This document shows positions 40,303 to 49,614 of a stretch of DNA of 64,000 nucleotides, in pieces; positions within the stretch are counted from its first letter, which is position 1, and every line of letters begins with the position of its first letter. Under the pieces are notes generated by a model. The model had not been told where the DNA came from and did not search any database. It saw nothing but the letters and a program-made list of their open reading frames with translations. Made by a program: the position numbers and the translations under genes. Source of the stretch: a virus (taxonomy: Duplodnaviria; Caudoviricetes); IMG/VR virus record IMGVR_UViG_3300027782_000046, positions 32,001 to 96,000 of that record. One strand, 5' to 3'.

Positions 40303-41973
40303 ATGGCATTTACAATTCAAAATCTTATTCTCGGCGGCAATATGCAAACATCGCAGCCTGCCCTTGGTGCACCTTCCGCAGTAGAATACTTAGTTGTTGC
40401 TGGTGGCGGTGGCGGTGGATATAATTATGCCGGCGGCGGCGGTGCCGGAGGATATCTTGCAAATGTTGGATATTCAGTAAATACTACTTCAACGTATACA
40501 GTCACTGTCGGCGCTGGCGGAGTTGGAGCAACAAGTGGTGCAAATGGTACAAACGGAAATGCTTCGATATTTGGCGTATTAACTGCAAATGGAGGCGGTG
40601 GCGGTGCAGGTTTCCAAAATAATGGTTTAGCTGGTGGCTCTGGCGGTGGCGGTGGCGGAAATAACGGTGGGTCTTATACCGGAGGTTCTGCTGTATCTGG
40701 ACAAGGATACGCTGGCGGTTCTGGATATTCAAATGGCGGTGGGGGTGGTGGCGGCGGCGCTGGCGGTGTGGGTAGCACAGGCGGCAGCGGCGGCCCTGGC
40801 CCAGGCGGCGCCGGAGGCATTGGTCAATACTCTACATTATCTGGTGCAAATGTTGCCTACGCCGGAGGAGGTGGTGGTGGCGGCAGTTCTGGTGGAACTG
40901 CAAGTTACGGTGGCGGCGCAGGAGGCAGCGGAACAGGTGGTTCCGGAACAATTGGCACTACAAATACTGGAGGGGGCGGCGGCGGTGGCTCTGCTTATAA
41001 TGGTTCTGGCGGCAATGGCGGTTCCGGCATCGTTATCTTGCGTTACCCATCTGATTATACTGCAGCAATTACCACAACTGGTTTGCCAAATGTAAGTGTA
41101 ACAAGTGGTTATAGAATATACCAATTCAATAGTTCTGGAACAATATCTTGGGCACCGATCTTATTTATGGAATACTTAGTTGTTGCTGGTGGTGGTGGCG
41201 GCGGTAGAGAGAGTTACTCAACCGGAGTAGGTGGCGGTGGAGGTGCTGGCGGCATGCTTACCGGAAATAGTACTGTAACTGTTGGAACTACTTTTATTGT
41301 TACTGTAGGCGCCGGCGGTTCTGGATATACTGTTAGTGGGGGGACGGGGTCTCCTGGTTACAATGGTGCAAATTCTAATATTTCTGGTTCAATTACTGTA
41401 ACCGCGGTTGGTGGTGGTGGTGGTGGTGGCGGTTCTAGTGGAGGTACAGGTTCTGCCGGTCTAAATGGTGGTTCCGGCGGTGGTTCCGGCGGTACTGGTG
41501 CAGGTGCAGGAATTGCCGGCCAAGGAAATAACGGCGGAACAGGATCTGGAGCCGGTGGTGGCGGTGGTGGCGGTGCTGGCGGTCTTGGTGGTTCTGGAGC
41601 TGGCAGCGCAGGTGGTGCTGGCTTATATTCAACAATAAGCGGAGCAAATGTTGCATATGCTGGCGGTGGCGGTGGAGGTCTTTATAATGCTCCCGCGGCA
41701 GCCGGCGGGGTTGGTGGAGGCGGCAATGGTGGTCTTTATTATGCCGGGCAAGCACCTACAGCAGGTGCTACTAATACCGGAGGAGGTGGAGGTGGTTCGG
41801 GCAATAGTAGTGGCGGAGATAGCACTCCTGCAGCAGGTGGTTCTGGTGTAGTTATTATTCGTTATGCGGACTCAAATGCAGCAGCAACTGCAACAACTGG
41901 TTCGCCAAATGTAACCGTTTCTGGTGGATATAGAGTATACCAATTCACGAGTTCAGGTTCAATAACTTTCTAA
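40303..41973 (+). CDS. Tandem double glycine-rich domain cassette
   Basis: MAFTIQN tag; two units joined by SWAP. Confidence 0.85.
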   Translation: MAFTIQNLILGGNMQTSQPALGAPSAVEYLVVAGGGGGGYNYAGGGGAGGYLANVGYSVNTTSTYTVTVGAGGVGATSGANGTNGNASIFGVLTANGGGGGAGFQNNGLAGGSGGGGGGNNGGSYTGGSAVSGQGYAGGSGYSNGGGGGGGGAGGVGSTGGSGGPGPGGAGGIGQYSTLSGANVAYAGGGGGGGSSGGTASYGGGAGGSGTGGSGTIGTTNTGGGGGGGSAYNGSGGNGGSGIVILRYPSDYTAAITTTGLPNVSVTSGYRIYQFNSSGTISWAPILFMEYLVVAGGGGGGRESYSTGVGGGGGAGGMLTGNSTVTVGTTFIVTVGAGGSGYTVSGGTGSPGYNGANSNISGSITVTAVGGGGGGGGSSGGTGSAGLNGGSGGGSGGTGAGAGIAGQGNNGGTGSGAGGGGGGGAGGLGGSGAGSAGGAGLYSTISGANVAYAGGGGGGLYNAPAAAGGVGGGGNGGLYYAGQAPTAGATNTGGGGGGSGNSSGGDSTPAAGGSGVVIIRYADSNAAATATTGSPNVTVSGGYRVYQFTSSGSITF

Positions 41974-41979
41974 ATAAAA

Positions 41980-42855
41980 ATGTTTACTTTTCAAAATTTT
42001 AATGTCAGTGGACCGTTTGCTGTTTATGGAGGCCCTGTTGTTTATGGCGCGCCAAGCACAGTAGAATATTTAGTTGTAGCAGGTGGAGGATCCGGAGCGG
42101 GCTACGCGGGCGGCGGTGGCGCTGGTGGATATAGAACATCAACAAGTTATAGTATTAATACTGCCAATTCTTATACAATTACCATAGGAGCAGGAGGCAC
42201 GGCGGTAACAGACGTTTCTCAGAATGGTAATGATGGCAGTCCTTCAGTATTTGATACAATTACCAGCGCTGGAGGTGGAGGCGGGGGAGGATATGCAAAC
42301 TCTGGTCGCCCCGGAGGTTCGGGCGGCGGCGGAGGAATTGGTTCTGGTAATCCGGCAGGCGGAGCTGCAACCCCTGCCGGCCAAGGAAATGCAGGTGGTG
42401 CAGGGGGTAGTTATTCTAATCCTTATCCAAGCGGAGGTGGTGGTGGCGCCGGCGCAGTAGGGGGCGCCGCAGTTGGTAGCACTCAGTCAGGTGATGGAGG
42501 TGCTGGATTATATTCCACTATTTCTGGAGCAAATGTTGCTTATGCCGGCGGTGGTGGCGGCGGTATAGGATATGCCGCGGCCGGTAAAGGAGCCGCGGGC
42601 ATTGGTGGTGGCGGCATCGGTGGCAACGGTAGCACAGCCGCCGGATCCGGCACACCAAATACAGGCGGTGGAGGCGGCGGCCAAGGATATAATAGCGGAA
42701 ACGGATCGGGCGGCGCCGGCGGATCGGGCGTAGTTATTATTCGTTATGCAGATGTTTATACTGCCGCATCAAATACAACTGGCTCGCCAAATGTAACTGT
42801 TACTGGCGGATATAGAGTATACCAATTCAATAGTTCTGGTTCAATAACTTTCTAA
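41980..42855 (+). CDS. Glycine-rich domain cassette
   Basis: MFTFQN tag; conserved scaffold. Confidence 0.85.
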   Translation: MFTFQNFNVSGPFAVYGGPVVYGAPSTVEYLVVAGGGSGAGYAGGGGAGGYRTSTSYSINTANSYTITIGAGGTAVTDVSQNGNDGSPSVFDTITSAGGGGGGGYANSGRPGGSGGGGGIGSGNPAGGAATPAGQGNAGGAGGSYSNPYPSGGGGGAGAVGGAAVGSTQSGDGGAGLYSTISGANVAYAGGGGGGIGYAAAGKGAAGIGGGGIGGNGSTAAGSGTPNTGGGGGGQGYNSGNGSGGAGGSGVVIIRYADVYTAASNTTGSPNVTVTGGYRVYQFNSSGSITF

Positions 42856-42856
42856 T

Positions 42857-43732
42857 ATGATTACTGTCCAAAACGTAAATCTTAACGGCAATTTTTCTTT
42901 TATTGCTCCACAAATTCTAATTGTCCCCTCAACTGTAGAATATTTGGTTATTGCCGGCGGGGGGGGTGGCGGAAGTGCAGTTGCCAATAATACTGGTATG
43001 GGAGGCGGCGGCGCAGGTGGCTATAGAGCCAATGCCGGATATTCTGTTTCTGCCGGATCAGCAATAACAGTTACGGTCGGCGCAGGCGGCGCGGCTGGCG
43101 GGTATAACGGAAATAACTCCGTTTTTGGATCTATCACATCAACAGGCGGCGGGGGTGGCGGTACTTATTATGGTGCCGGCGGATACGGAGGAAAAGATGG
43201 CGGCTCAGGAGGTGGTGGTTCTGGGTATGGAACAATAACTCCTGGTAGTGGCACTTCTGGGCAAGGAAATTCTGGTGGCTCTGGAAATACTGGAAACTAT
43301 GCTGGTGGTGGTGGTGGTGGGGGCGGCGCTAGTGCTGCTGGTAGCGTTGGCCCTACAGAAAAAGGCGGCGCTGGAGGTAATGGAACATCATCATCCATAA
43401 GTGGGTCTGCAACTACTTATGGTGGCGGCGGTGGCGGCGGGAATGGCTCAACAAGCGGCGCGGCCGGCGCTGGCGGTACAGGTGGTGGTGGCGCTGGCAG
43501 TGGGTCACCAAATGGTTCAACCGCAACTTCAGGAACAACAAATACTGGCGGGGGTGGCGGAGGTGGTTATTACTATTCTGGTGTGGGCGGCGCAGGTGGC
43601 TCTGGTATTGTAATCATTCGTTACGCAGATTCATATACTGCTGCTTCAAATACAACAGGTTCTCCTAATGTAACCGTTTCTGGTGGTTACAGAGTATACC
43701 AATTCACAAGTTCTGGTTCAATTACGTTTTAA
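42857..43732 (+). CDS. Glycine-rich domain cassette (last in array)
   Basis: MITVQN tag; conserved scaffold. Confidence 0.85.
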   Translation: MITVQNVNLNGNFSFIAPQILIVPSTVEYLVIAGGGGGGSAVANNTGMGGGGAGGYRANAGYSVSAGSAITVTVGAGGAAGGYNGNNSVFGSITSTGGGGGGTYYGAGGYGGKDGGSGGGGSGYGTITPGSGTSGQGNSGGSGNTGNYAGGGGGGGGASAAGSVGPTEKGGAGGNGTSSSISGSATTYGGGGGGGNGSTSGAAGAGGTGGGGAGSGSPNGSTATSGTTNTGGGGGGGYYYSGVGGAGGSGIVIIRYADSYTAASNTTGSPNVTVSGGYRVYQFTSSGSITF

Positions 43733-43748
43733 CCTATTTTTAATCGTA

Positions 43749-43756
43749 TATAAATA
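43749..43756 (+). promoter_or_regulatory. T4-type late promoter
   Basis: Exact TATAAATA upstream of ATG 43783. Confidence 0.8.
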
Positions 43757-43782
43757 AATAGATAACAACAAAAGGTCAAGAA

Positions 43783-46700
43783 ATGACGCGCAAAATAGAT
43801 TCTAGTTTAATTAGTCCATTGGGCGGAACAGAAGGACAGGTGCTTGGGATTAGTTCCGGCAATGTTACTTTTATTGCTGCAGGAAGCGGTGGTGGGACTA
43901 CTTATGCAAATTCTATTGTAAATCTTAATACTGCAAACGTAACAGAATCCGCGTCAAATTTATACTATACAAATGCAAGAGTTATTGCTGCAGTTGCAAA
44001 TACAACAATAAGTAATCTAACTGTTGCTGGTAATGTAACAGTTTTGGGAAATGTAGTTGCCAACGCATTTATATCTACCACAAGCGGCCCAGCTATACTA
44101 TCATCTACAACAGATGTATATATCAATTCAACAAGTAATGTAAATATTACTGCAACTAATGTAAATGTTGCCGGAAACTTAACCGCAAACTTTTTTAGAG
44201 GTAATGGCTCTTTATTAACTGGGCTTGTCACTTCTGTAAATTCCGTTACTGGCAACTTAAATGTTTCTGGTAACGTAATTGCCAATGCGTATTTTGTTGG
44301 AGATGGTTCCAAATTAACTAACTTGCCTTCACTAAGTTCTGTTACAGGAAATTTAACGGTTACCGGAAATGTAATTGCAAACGCATTTGTATCTACCACA
44401 AGCGGTCCGGCAATACTAGCATCTACCACGGATGTTTATATTAATTCCGTAAGTAATGTATCTGTTACTTCAAGTAACATTAATTTAAACTCAAATATAA
44501 GAGTTTCTGGAAATGTCACGGCAAATTATTTCCTAGGTGATGGTTCTAGATTAACTGGTATAAGTGCAGGTAGCAGCAATTCTGTAACTGGCAACCTAAA
44601 TGTTAGCGGCAATGTAATTGCAAATGCTTTTATTGCTACTTCTAATGGCCCAGGTATATTTTCTTCTACAACAGATCTATACCTAAATTCTGCTGCAAAT
44701 GTAAGTATTACATCAAGTAATATCAATTTAAATTCTAACATTGTAAGAATATCGGGTAATATATTTTCAAATTATTTTGTTGGAGATGGTTCAAGATTAA
44801 CTGGCATAACTGCAAATGCAAGTAGTTCGATTACTGGAAATCTAAATGTTTCTGGTAACGTAATTGCAAATACTTTTGTTTCTACTGCGGCCGGTACTGC
44901 GGCTTTAATTTCATCTACAGATTTTGTATTAAATGCCGCGGGCAATGTAAGTATTACATCAAGCAATATTAATTTAAATTCTAATGTTTATGCAACAGGA
45001 AACATTAATGCAAATTATTTCAAAGGTAATGGTGCATTATTAACTGGTATTGTTACTACAATTAATTCTGTAACAGGTAACCTAAATGTTTCAGGAAACA
45101 TAATTGCAAATGCAATATACACCGGGGCAATAATTAATACCGGCAATGCATCAGCTGGGTATTTTATTGGTAATGTAGTTGCAAATACAGTTGTTGCCGT
45201 AGGCAATGTTACCGCAAATTATTTTGTAGGCGATGGTTCTAGATTAACTGGTATAACTAGTTCTGCAAATATTAGTTCTGTAGCAGGAAACTTGACCGTA
45301 ACAGGGAACGTAATTGCTAATACTTTTGTTTCTACAGGAACAGGAATTGCATCGTTAATTTCATCCACAGATTTTGCCTTAAATGCTGCCGCAAATGTAA
45401 ATATTACTTCTGGTAATATCAATTTAAATTCAAATGTATTTACAACAGGTAACGTAAATGCAAATTATTTTAAAGGCAATGGTGCATTACTAACAGGTAT
45501 TACTGCAACTGTTAGCTCTGTAACAGGAAACTTAAATGTTTCTGGTAACGTAATTGGATCATATTTTGTAGGTAATGGCTCACTATTAACAGGTATTACT
45601 GCAACTGTTAGCTCTGTAACCGGTAACTTAAATGTTTCTGGTAACGTAATTGCAAATGCTTTTGTATCTACAGGATCGGGTGCTGGCGGAATATCATCCC
45701 CTACAGATTTTTATATTAATTCTGCAGCAAATGTTAATATTGTATCTAGTAATGTAACACTTAACTCAAATGTAGTAATTTCAGGAAACATAAGTGCGAA
45801 TTTCTTTAGAGGTAATGGTTCGTTACTAACAGGATTAGTTACTTCTGTAAATTCAGTAACTGGTAATTTAAATGTTAGCGGAAATGTAATTGCTAACGGA
45901 TTTGTATCTACAGGTATAGGATCCGGAGGAATATCTTCTCCAGTTGATTTTTATATTAATTCTGCAGCAAATGTAAGTATTACATCAAGTAATATTAATT
46001 TAAATTCAAATGTATTTACAACTGGCAATTTAAATGCAAACTTCTTTAGAGGTAATGGTTCATTACTAACGGGTATTGTTACATCAATTAATTCTGTAAC
46101 TGGTAATTTAACTGTTACTGGTAACATCCTTGTAGGATCAAATGGTTATATTGGCGTAGGCACATCAAATCCCGATTCAGAAGTTACAATTTTAGCTATA
46201 CCTCAAACAGTAAGCTATCCAGTTACTGGTACTAGCAATACTGCAGGTACGGACTTGCATATTTCTGGGGCGGACGGTTCGATAACTCGTATCACACAAG
46301 ACTCATTTGGCTCAAATACTTACGTAGCATTTACTGGTAGAGCAGCCCGCGGTACAGCTGCAAGTCCTGCGCAAACACAAAGTAATGATACATTATCACA
46401 GTTCACCGGACGTGGTTTTAGTAACGGTAGTTTGCAATTTAGCACCGTATCAACAGGACGTGTTGATGTAGTTGCGGCAGAAAACTTTACCGACACCTCC
46501 CGTGGCACAAAGGTATTGGTCTTTACCACTCCAACTGGTTCCATTAACCCAGTCAATACTGCAACATTTGATAGCACTGGTGCATTCAGCGCAAATGGCA
46601 ATGTTACAACAGGCGCATATTTTGTAGGAGACGGTTCTAGATTAACTAATGTAGTTGCAACTTCTGCAAATATTAGTTCCGTAACAGGTAATTTGACAGT

Positions 46701-49614
46701 AACAGGCAATGTGATTGCTAATGCGTTTGTAGCAACTGCACCAGGCGCAGGCTATATTTTATCTAGTTCGGATGTAAATATAAATGCCGCAAGCAACGTA
46801 AACATTACAGCAAGCAATATTAATTTAAATTCAAACGTATTTACAACAGGTAATATAACCGCAAATTATTTTAAAGGCAATGGCGCATTATTAACTGGTA
46901 TTACTATCAATTCCGTTACAGGGAATTTAACCGTTAGCGGAAACGTAATTGCGAATACAGTTATTGCAACCGGCAACATAACGGCAAACTTCTTTAGAGG
47001 CAATGGTTCATTGCTAACAGGCATTACCGCAAGCGTTAGTTCTGTAACAGGTAATTTGACAGTAACAGGCAATGTGATTGCTAATGCATATGTTTCAACA
47101 GCAACGGGACCTGCAGTACTATCTTCAGCATTGGATGTTTATGTTAATTCTGCAACAAATGTAAATATTGTTTCTAATAATATAAACTTGAATTCCAATG
47201 TTTACGCATCGGGCAATGTAAACGCAAATTATTTCAAAGGTAATGGTGCATTATTAACAGGCATCGTTACTACAATTAATTCCGTTACAGGGAATTTAAA
47301 TGTTTCCGGTAATGTAATTGCAAATGCATATGTTTCAACAGCATCGGGCCCGGCGGTATTATCTTCGGCATCAGATGTTTATATTAACTCTGCATCAAAT
47401 GTTAATATTGTTTCAAGTAATATTAATTTAAATTCAAATGTATTTACAACAGGTAATGTAAGTGCTAATTTCTTTAAAGGCAATGGCTCGTTACTAACAG
47501 GAATCGTTACAACTATTAATTCTGTAACAGGCAATTTAACAGTTACAGATAACGTAATTGCAAATGCAGTTGTTACAACGGGCAATGTAACTGCAAACTT
47601 CTTTAAAGGCAATGGTTCGTTACTAACAGGAATCGTTACAACTATTAATTCTGTAACAGGCAATTTAACAGTTACAGGAAATATAATTGCAAATGGCTCG
47701 GTAATTTCTGCAACTTTTGTTGGAACCTCGGTTGGAGCAGGATTAATCTCATCTACATCCGATATTAACATTAACGCGGCAAGTAACGTAAACATTACGG
47801 CAAGCAATGTTACCTTAAATTCAAATGTTGTAATTTCTGGAAATGTGAGCGGAAACTTTTTTAGAGGAAATGGTTCTCTGTTAACCGGACTTGTTACTAC
47901 GGTCAATTCTGTAACAGGCAATTTAAATGTTTCGGGCAACGTAATTGCTAATGGATCCGTAATTTCTGCAACTTTTGTTGGAACTTCTGTTGGCGCCGGC
48001 CTTATTTCTTCAACATCCGATATTAACATTAACGCAACAAGTAATGTAAACATTACGGCAAGCAATGTTACCTTAAATTCAAACGTAAGAACAACTGGCA
48101 ATGTTACAGCAAATTATTTCTTAGGCGATGGCTCTAGATTAACAAATCTACCTTCGGCGAGTTCTGTAACAGGCAACCTAAATGTTTCTGGCAACGTACT
48201 TGTAGCATCGGGCGGCAGCATTGCCGTTGGTACATCTTTACCCGATGCCGAAGTTACAATTTTAGCTTATCCTCAGACAGTAAGTTATACAGTTACTGGT
48301 ACTAGCAATACCGCCGGCACGGACTTACACATTACAGGCGCGGACGGTTCTATAACTCGTATCACACAAGACTCATTTGGCTCAAATACTTATGTGGCAT
48401 TTACTGGGCGTGCGGCAAGAGGAACCGCTGCAAGCCCAACACAAACCCAAAACAATGACGCATTAGCACAATTTACTGGACGCGGTTTCAGTAATGGTAG
48501 TTTGCAATTTAGCACAGTATCAACCGGACGTGTTGATGTAGTAGCAGCAGAAAACTTTACCGATACTAGCAGAGCTACTAAGGTATTAGTATTTACAACT
48601 CCAACTGGTTCGATTGCCCCAGTTAATACTGCGACATTTGATAGCACAGGTGCATTTACTGCTAATGGAAATGTTACAACCGGCGCATATTTTATTGGTG
48701 ACGGTTCTAGATTAACTAATCTAGCAGCGGCAAGTACTGTAACTGGCAATCTAAATGTTTCCGGTAACGTAGTCGCTGGCGGTAGTTTCATATCTACCGG
48801 CAATCAAACAGGCACATTATATTCAAGTGCAAACTTAGTAATATCTACTCCTGCAAATATTGTCCTACAAGGCAATGTGTTTACAACAGGAAATGTTTAT
48901 GCAAGTTACTTTAATCTTCAAGGTAATTTAACTGTTACAAATACCGTAAGTGCTAATAATTTTGTAGCTTCTGGAAATCAAGATGGTACTATAACATCTG
49001 CATCAAATATTTCGATAGCAACGACTGCATATATTTCGTTGAATGCAAACACAGTAACATTATCATCCACATATAACGCAAATGCAGTATTGTCTAGCAG
49101 CGGAAACATATCATTAATTGCAGGTACCGGCAATAGTGTTGTTATACCAAATAGCCCATTACGATTTGCTAGTTTAAACACCGCAAATCTAAATTATGCC
49201 AATTTAGCTGCAGGAGATACTGTTTATAATCTTGGATCGAATGTACTAAATTATCGTGGTTCCAGCAACGCATGGATTGAAGTTGGTTATTTAAATATTC
49301 CACAGAATAGCCAAAATACAAATTACACCTTAGTAAAAGATGATGCAGGTAAGCATATTTTCCATCCGGCAACAGATGCAAATGCTCGCACATTTACAAT
49401 TCCATCGAATAGTAATGTTGCATATCCATTAGGAACCGCAATTAGCTTTATTAATCTATCATCAAGCACTGTTTCAATTGCAATTGCGGTTGATGTGATG
49501 TATTTAAGTTCTGCAGGTACAACAGGTACTCGTAGTTTAGCACAATATGGCACAGCAACTGCAGTAAAAATTACTTCTAATAATTGGATTATTTCGGGAA
49601 GCGGTTTAACATGA
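43783..49614 (+). CDS. Giant Asn-rich fibre protein (1943 aa)
   Basis: Dozens of SVTGNLNVSGNVIAN / FFxGNGSLLTG repeats; duplicated ~160-aa domain; C-terminal NIPQNSQ...FTIP...WIISG domain. Confidence 0.8.
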   Translation: MTRKIDSSLISPLGGTEGQVLGISSGNVTFIAAGSGGGTTYANSIVNLNTANVTESASNLYYTNARVIAAVANTTISNLTVAGNVTVLGNVVANAFISTTSGPAILSSTTDVYINSTSNVNITATNVNVAGNLTANFFRGNGSLLTGLVTSVNSVTGNLNVSGNVIANAYFVGDGSKLTNLPSLSSVTGNLTVTGNVIANAFVSTTSGPAILASTTDVYINSVSNVSVTSSNINLNSNIRVSGNVTANYFLGDGSRLTGISAGSSNSVTGNLNVSGNVIANAFIATSNGPGIFSSTTDLYLNSAANVSITSSNINLNSNIVRISGNIFSNYFVGDGSRLTGITANASSSITGNLNVSGNVIANTFVSTAAGTAALISSTDFVLNAAGNVSITSSNINLNSNVYATGNINANYFKGNGALLTGIVTTINSVTGNLNVSGNIIANAIYTGAIINTGNASAGYFIGNVVANTVVAVGNVTANYFVGDGSRLTGITSSANISSVAGNLTVTGNVIANTFVSTGTGIASLISSTDFALNAAANVNITSGNINLNSNVFTTGNVNANYFKGNGALLTGITATVSSVTGNLNVSGNVIGSYFVGNGSLLTGITATVSSVTGNLNVSGNVIANAFVSTGSGAGGISSPTDFYINSAANVNIVSSNVTLNSNVVISGNISANFFRGNGSLLTGLVTSVNSVTGNLNVSGNVIANGFVSTGIGSGGISSPVDFYINSAANVSITSSNINLNSNVFTTGNLNANFFRGNGSLLTGIVTSINSVTGNLTVTGNILVGSNGYIGVGTSNPDSEVTILAIPQTVSYPVTGTSNTAGTDLHISGADGSITRITQDSFGSNTYVAFTGRAARGTAASPAQTQSNDTLSQFTGRGFSNGSLQFSTVSTGRVDVVAAENFTDTSRGTKVLVFTTPTGSINPVNTATFDSTGAFSANGNVTTGAYFVGDGSRLTNVVATSANISSVTGNLTVTGNVIANAFVATAPGAGYILSSSDVNINAASNVNITASNINLNSNVFTTGNITANYFKGNGALLTGITINSVTGNLTVSGNVIANTVIATGNITANFFRGNGSLLTGITASVSSVTGNLTVTGNVIANAYVSTATGPAVLSSALDVYVNSATNVNIVSNNINLNSNVYASGNVNANYFKGNGALLTGIVTTINSVTGNLNVSGNVIANAYVSTASGPAVLSSASDVYINSASNVNIVSSNINLNSNVFTTGNVSANFFKGNGSLLTGIVTTINSVTGNLTVTDNVIANAVVTTGNVTANFFKGNGSLLTGIVTTINSVTGNLTVTGNIIANGSVISATFVGTSVGAGLISSTSDININAASNVNITASNVTLNSNVVISGNVSGNFFRGNGSLLTGLVTTVNSVTGNLNVSGNVIANGSVISATFVGTSVGAGLISSTSDININATSNVNITASNVTLNSNVRTTGNVTANYFLGDGSRLTNLPSASSVTGNLNVSGNVLVASGGSIAVGTSLPDAEVTILAYPQTVSYTVTGTSNTAGTDLHITGADGSITRITQDSFGSNTYVAFTGRAARGTAASPTQTQNNDALAQFTGRGFSNGSLQFSTVSTGRVDVVAAENFTDTSRATKVLVFTTPTGSIAPVNTATFDSTGAFTANGNVTTGAYFIGDGSRLTNLAAASTVTGNLNVSGNVVAGGSFISTGNQTGTLYSSANLVISTPANIVLQGNVFTTGNVYASYFNLQGNLTVTNTVSANNFVASGNQDGTITSASNISIATTAYISLNANTVTLSSTYNANAVLSSSGNISLIAGTGNSVVIPNSPLRFASLNTANLNYANLAAGDTVYNLGSNVLNYRGSSNAWIEVGYLNIPQNSQNTNYTLVKDDAGKHIFHPATDANARTFTIPSNSNVAYPLGTAISFINLSSSTVSIAIAVDVMYLSSAGTTGTRSLAQYGTATAVKITSNNWIISGSGLT
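46171..46650 (+). repeat. Internal ~480-bp duplication (copy 1; copy 2 at 48241-48720)
   Basis: PDxEVTILAxPQTVSY...RITQDSFGSNTYVAFTGRAARGTAASP...GDGSRLTN in both copies. Confidence 0.9.
48241..48720 (+). repeat. Internal ~480-bp duplication (copy 2)
   Basis: Matches 46171-46650. Confidence 0.9.

Noticed and set aside
28103-41982. Stop-codon reassignment or programmed readthrough fusing the cassettes
   Set aside because: About half the junctions are out of frame, the in-frame ones mostly derive from one duplicated junction, and core genes end normally at TAA, TAG and TGA
25732-43613. Alternative-frame Val/Ala-rich and antisense Pro-rich ORFs in Gly-rich genes
   Set aside because: Expected by-product of GGN codon runs
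24500-43700. PE-PGRS or collagen identity for the Gly-rich proteins
   Set aside because: No PE domain and no Gly-X-Y triplet period; context is a T4-like virion region
24149-43732. CRISPR array, integron or shufflon
   Set aside because: Repeats are coding gene ends about 0.9 kb apart; no attC-like palindromes, no inverted cassettes, and no cas, integrase or invertase gene seen
46171-48720. Diversity-generating retroelement template/variable repeat pair
   Set aside because: Differences are mostly third-position and not adenine-specific, both copies are in-frame coding, and there is no reverse transcriptase in the window
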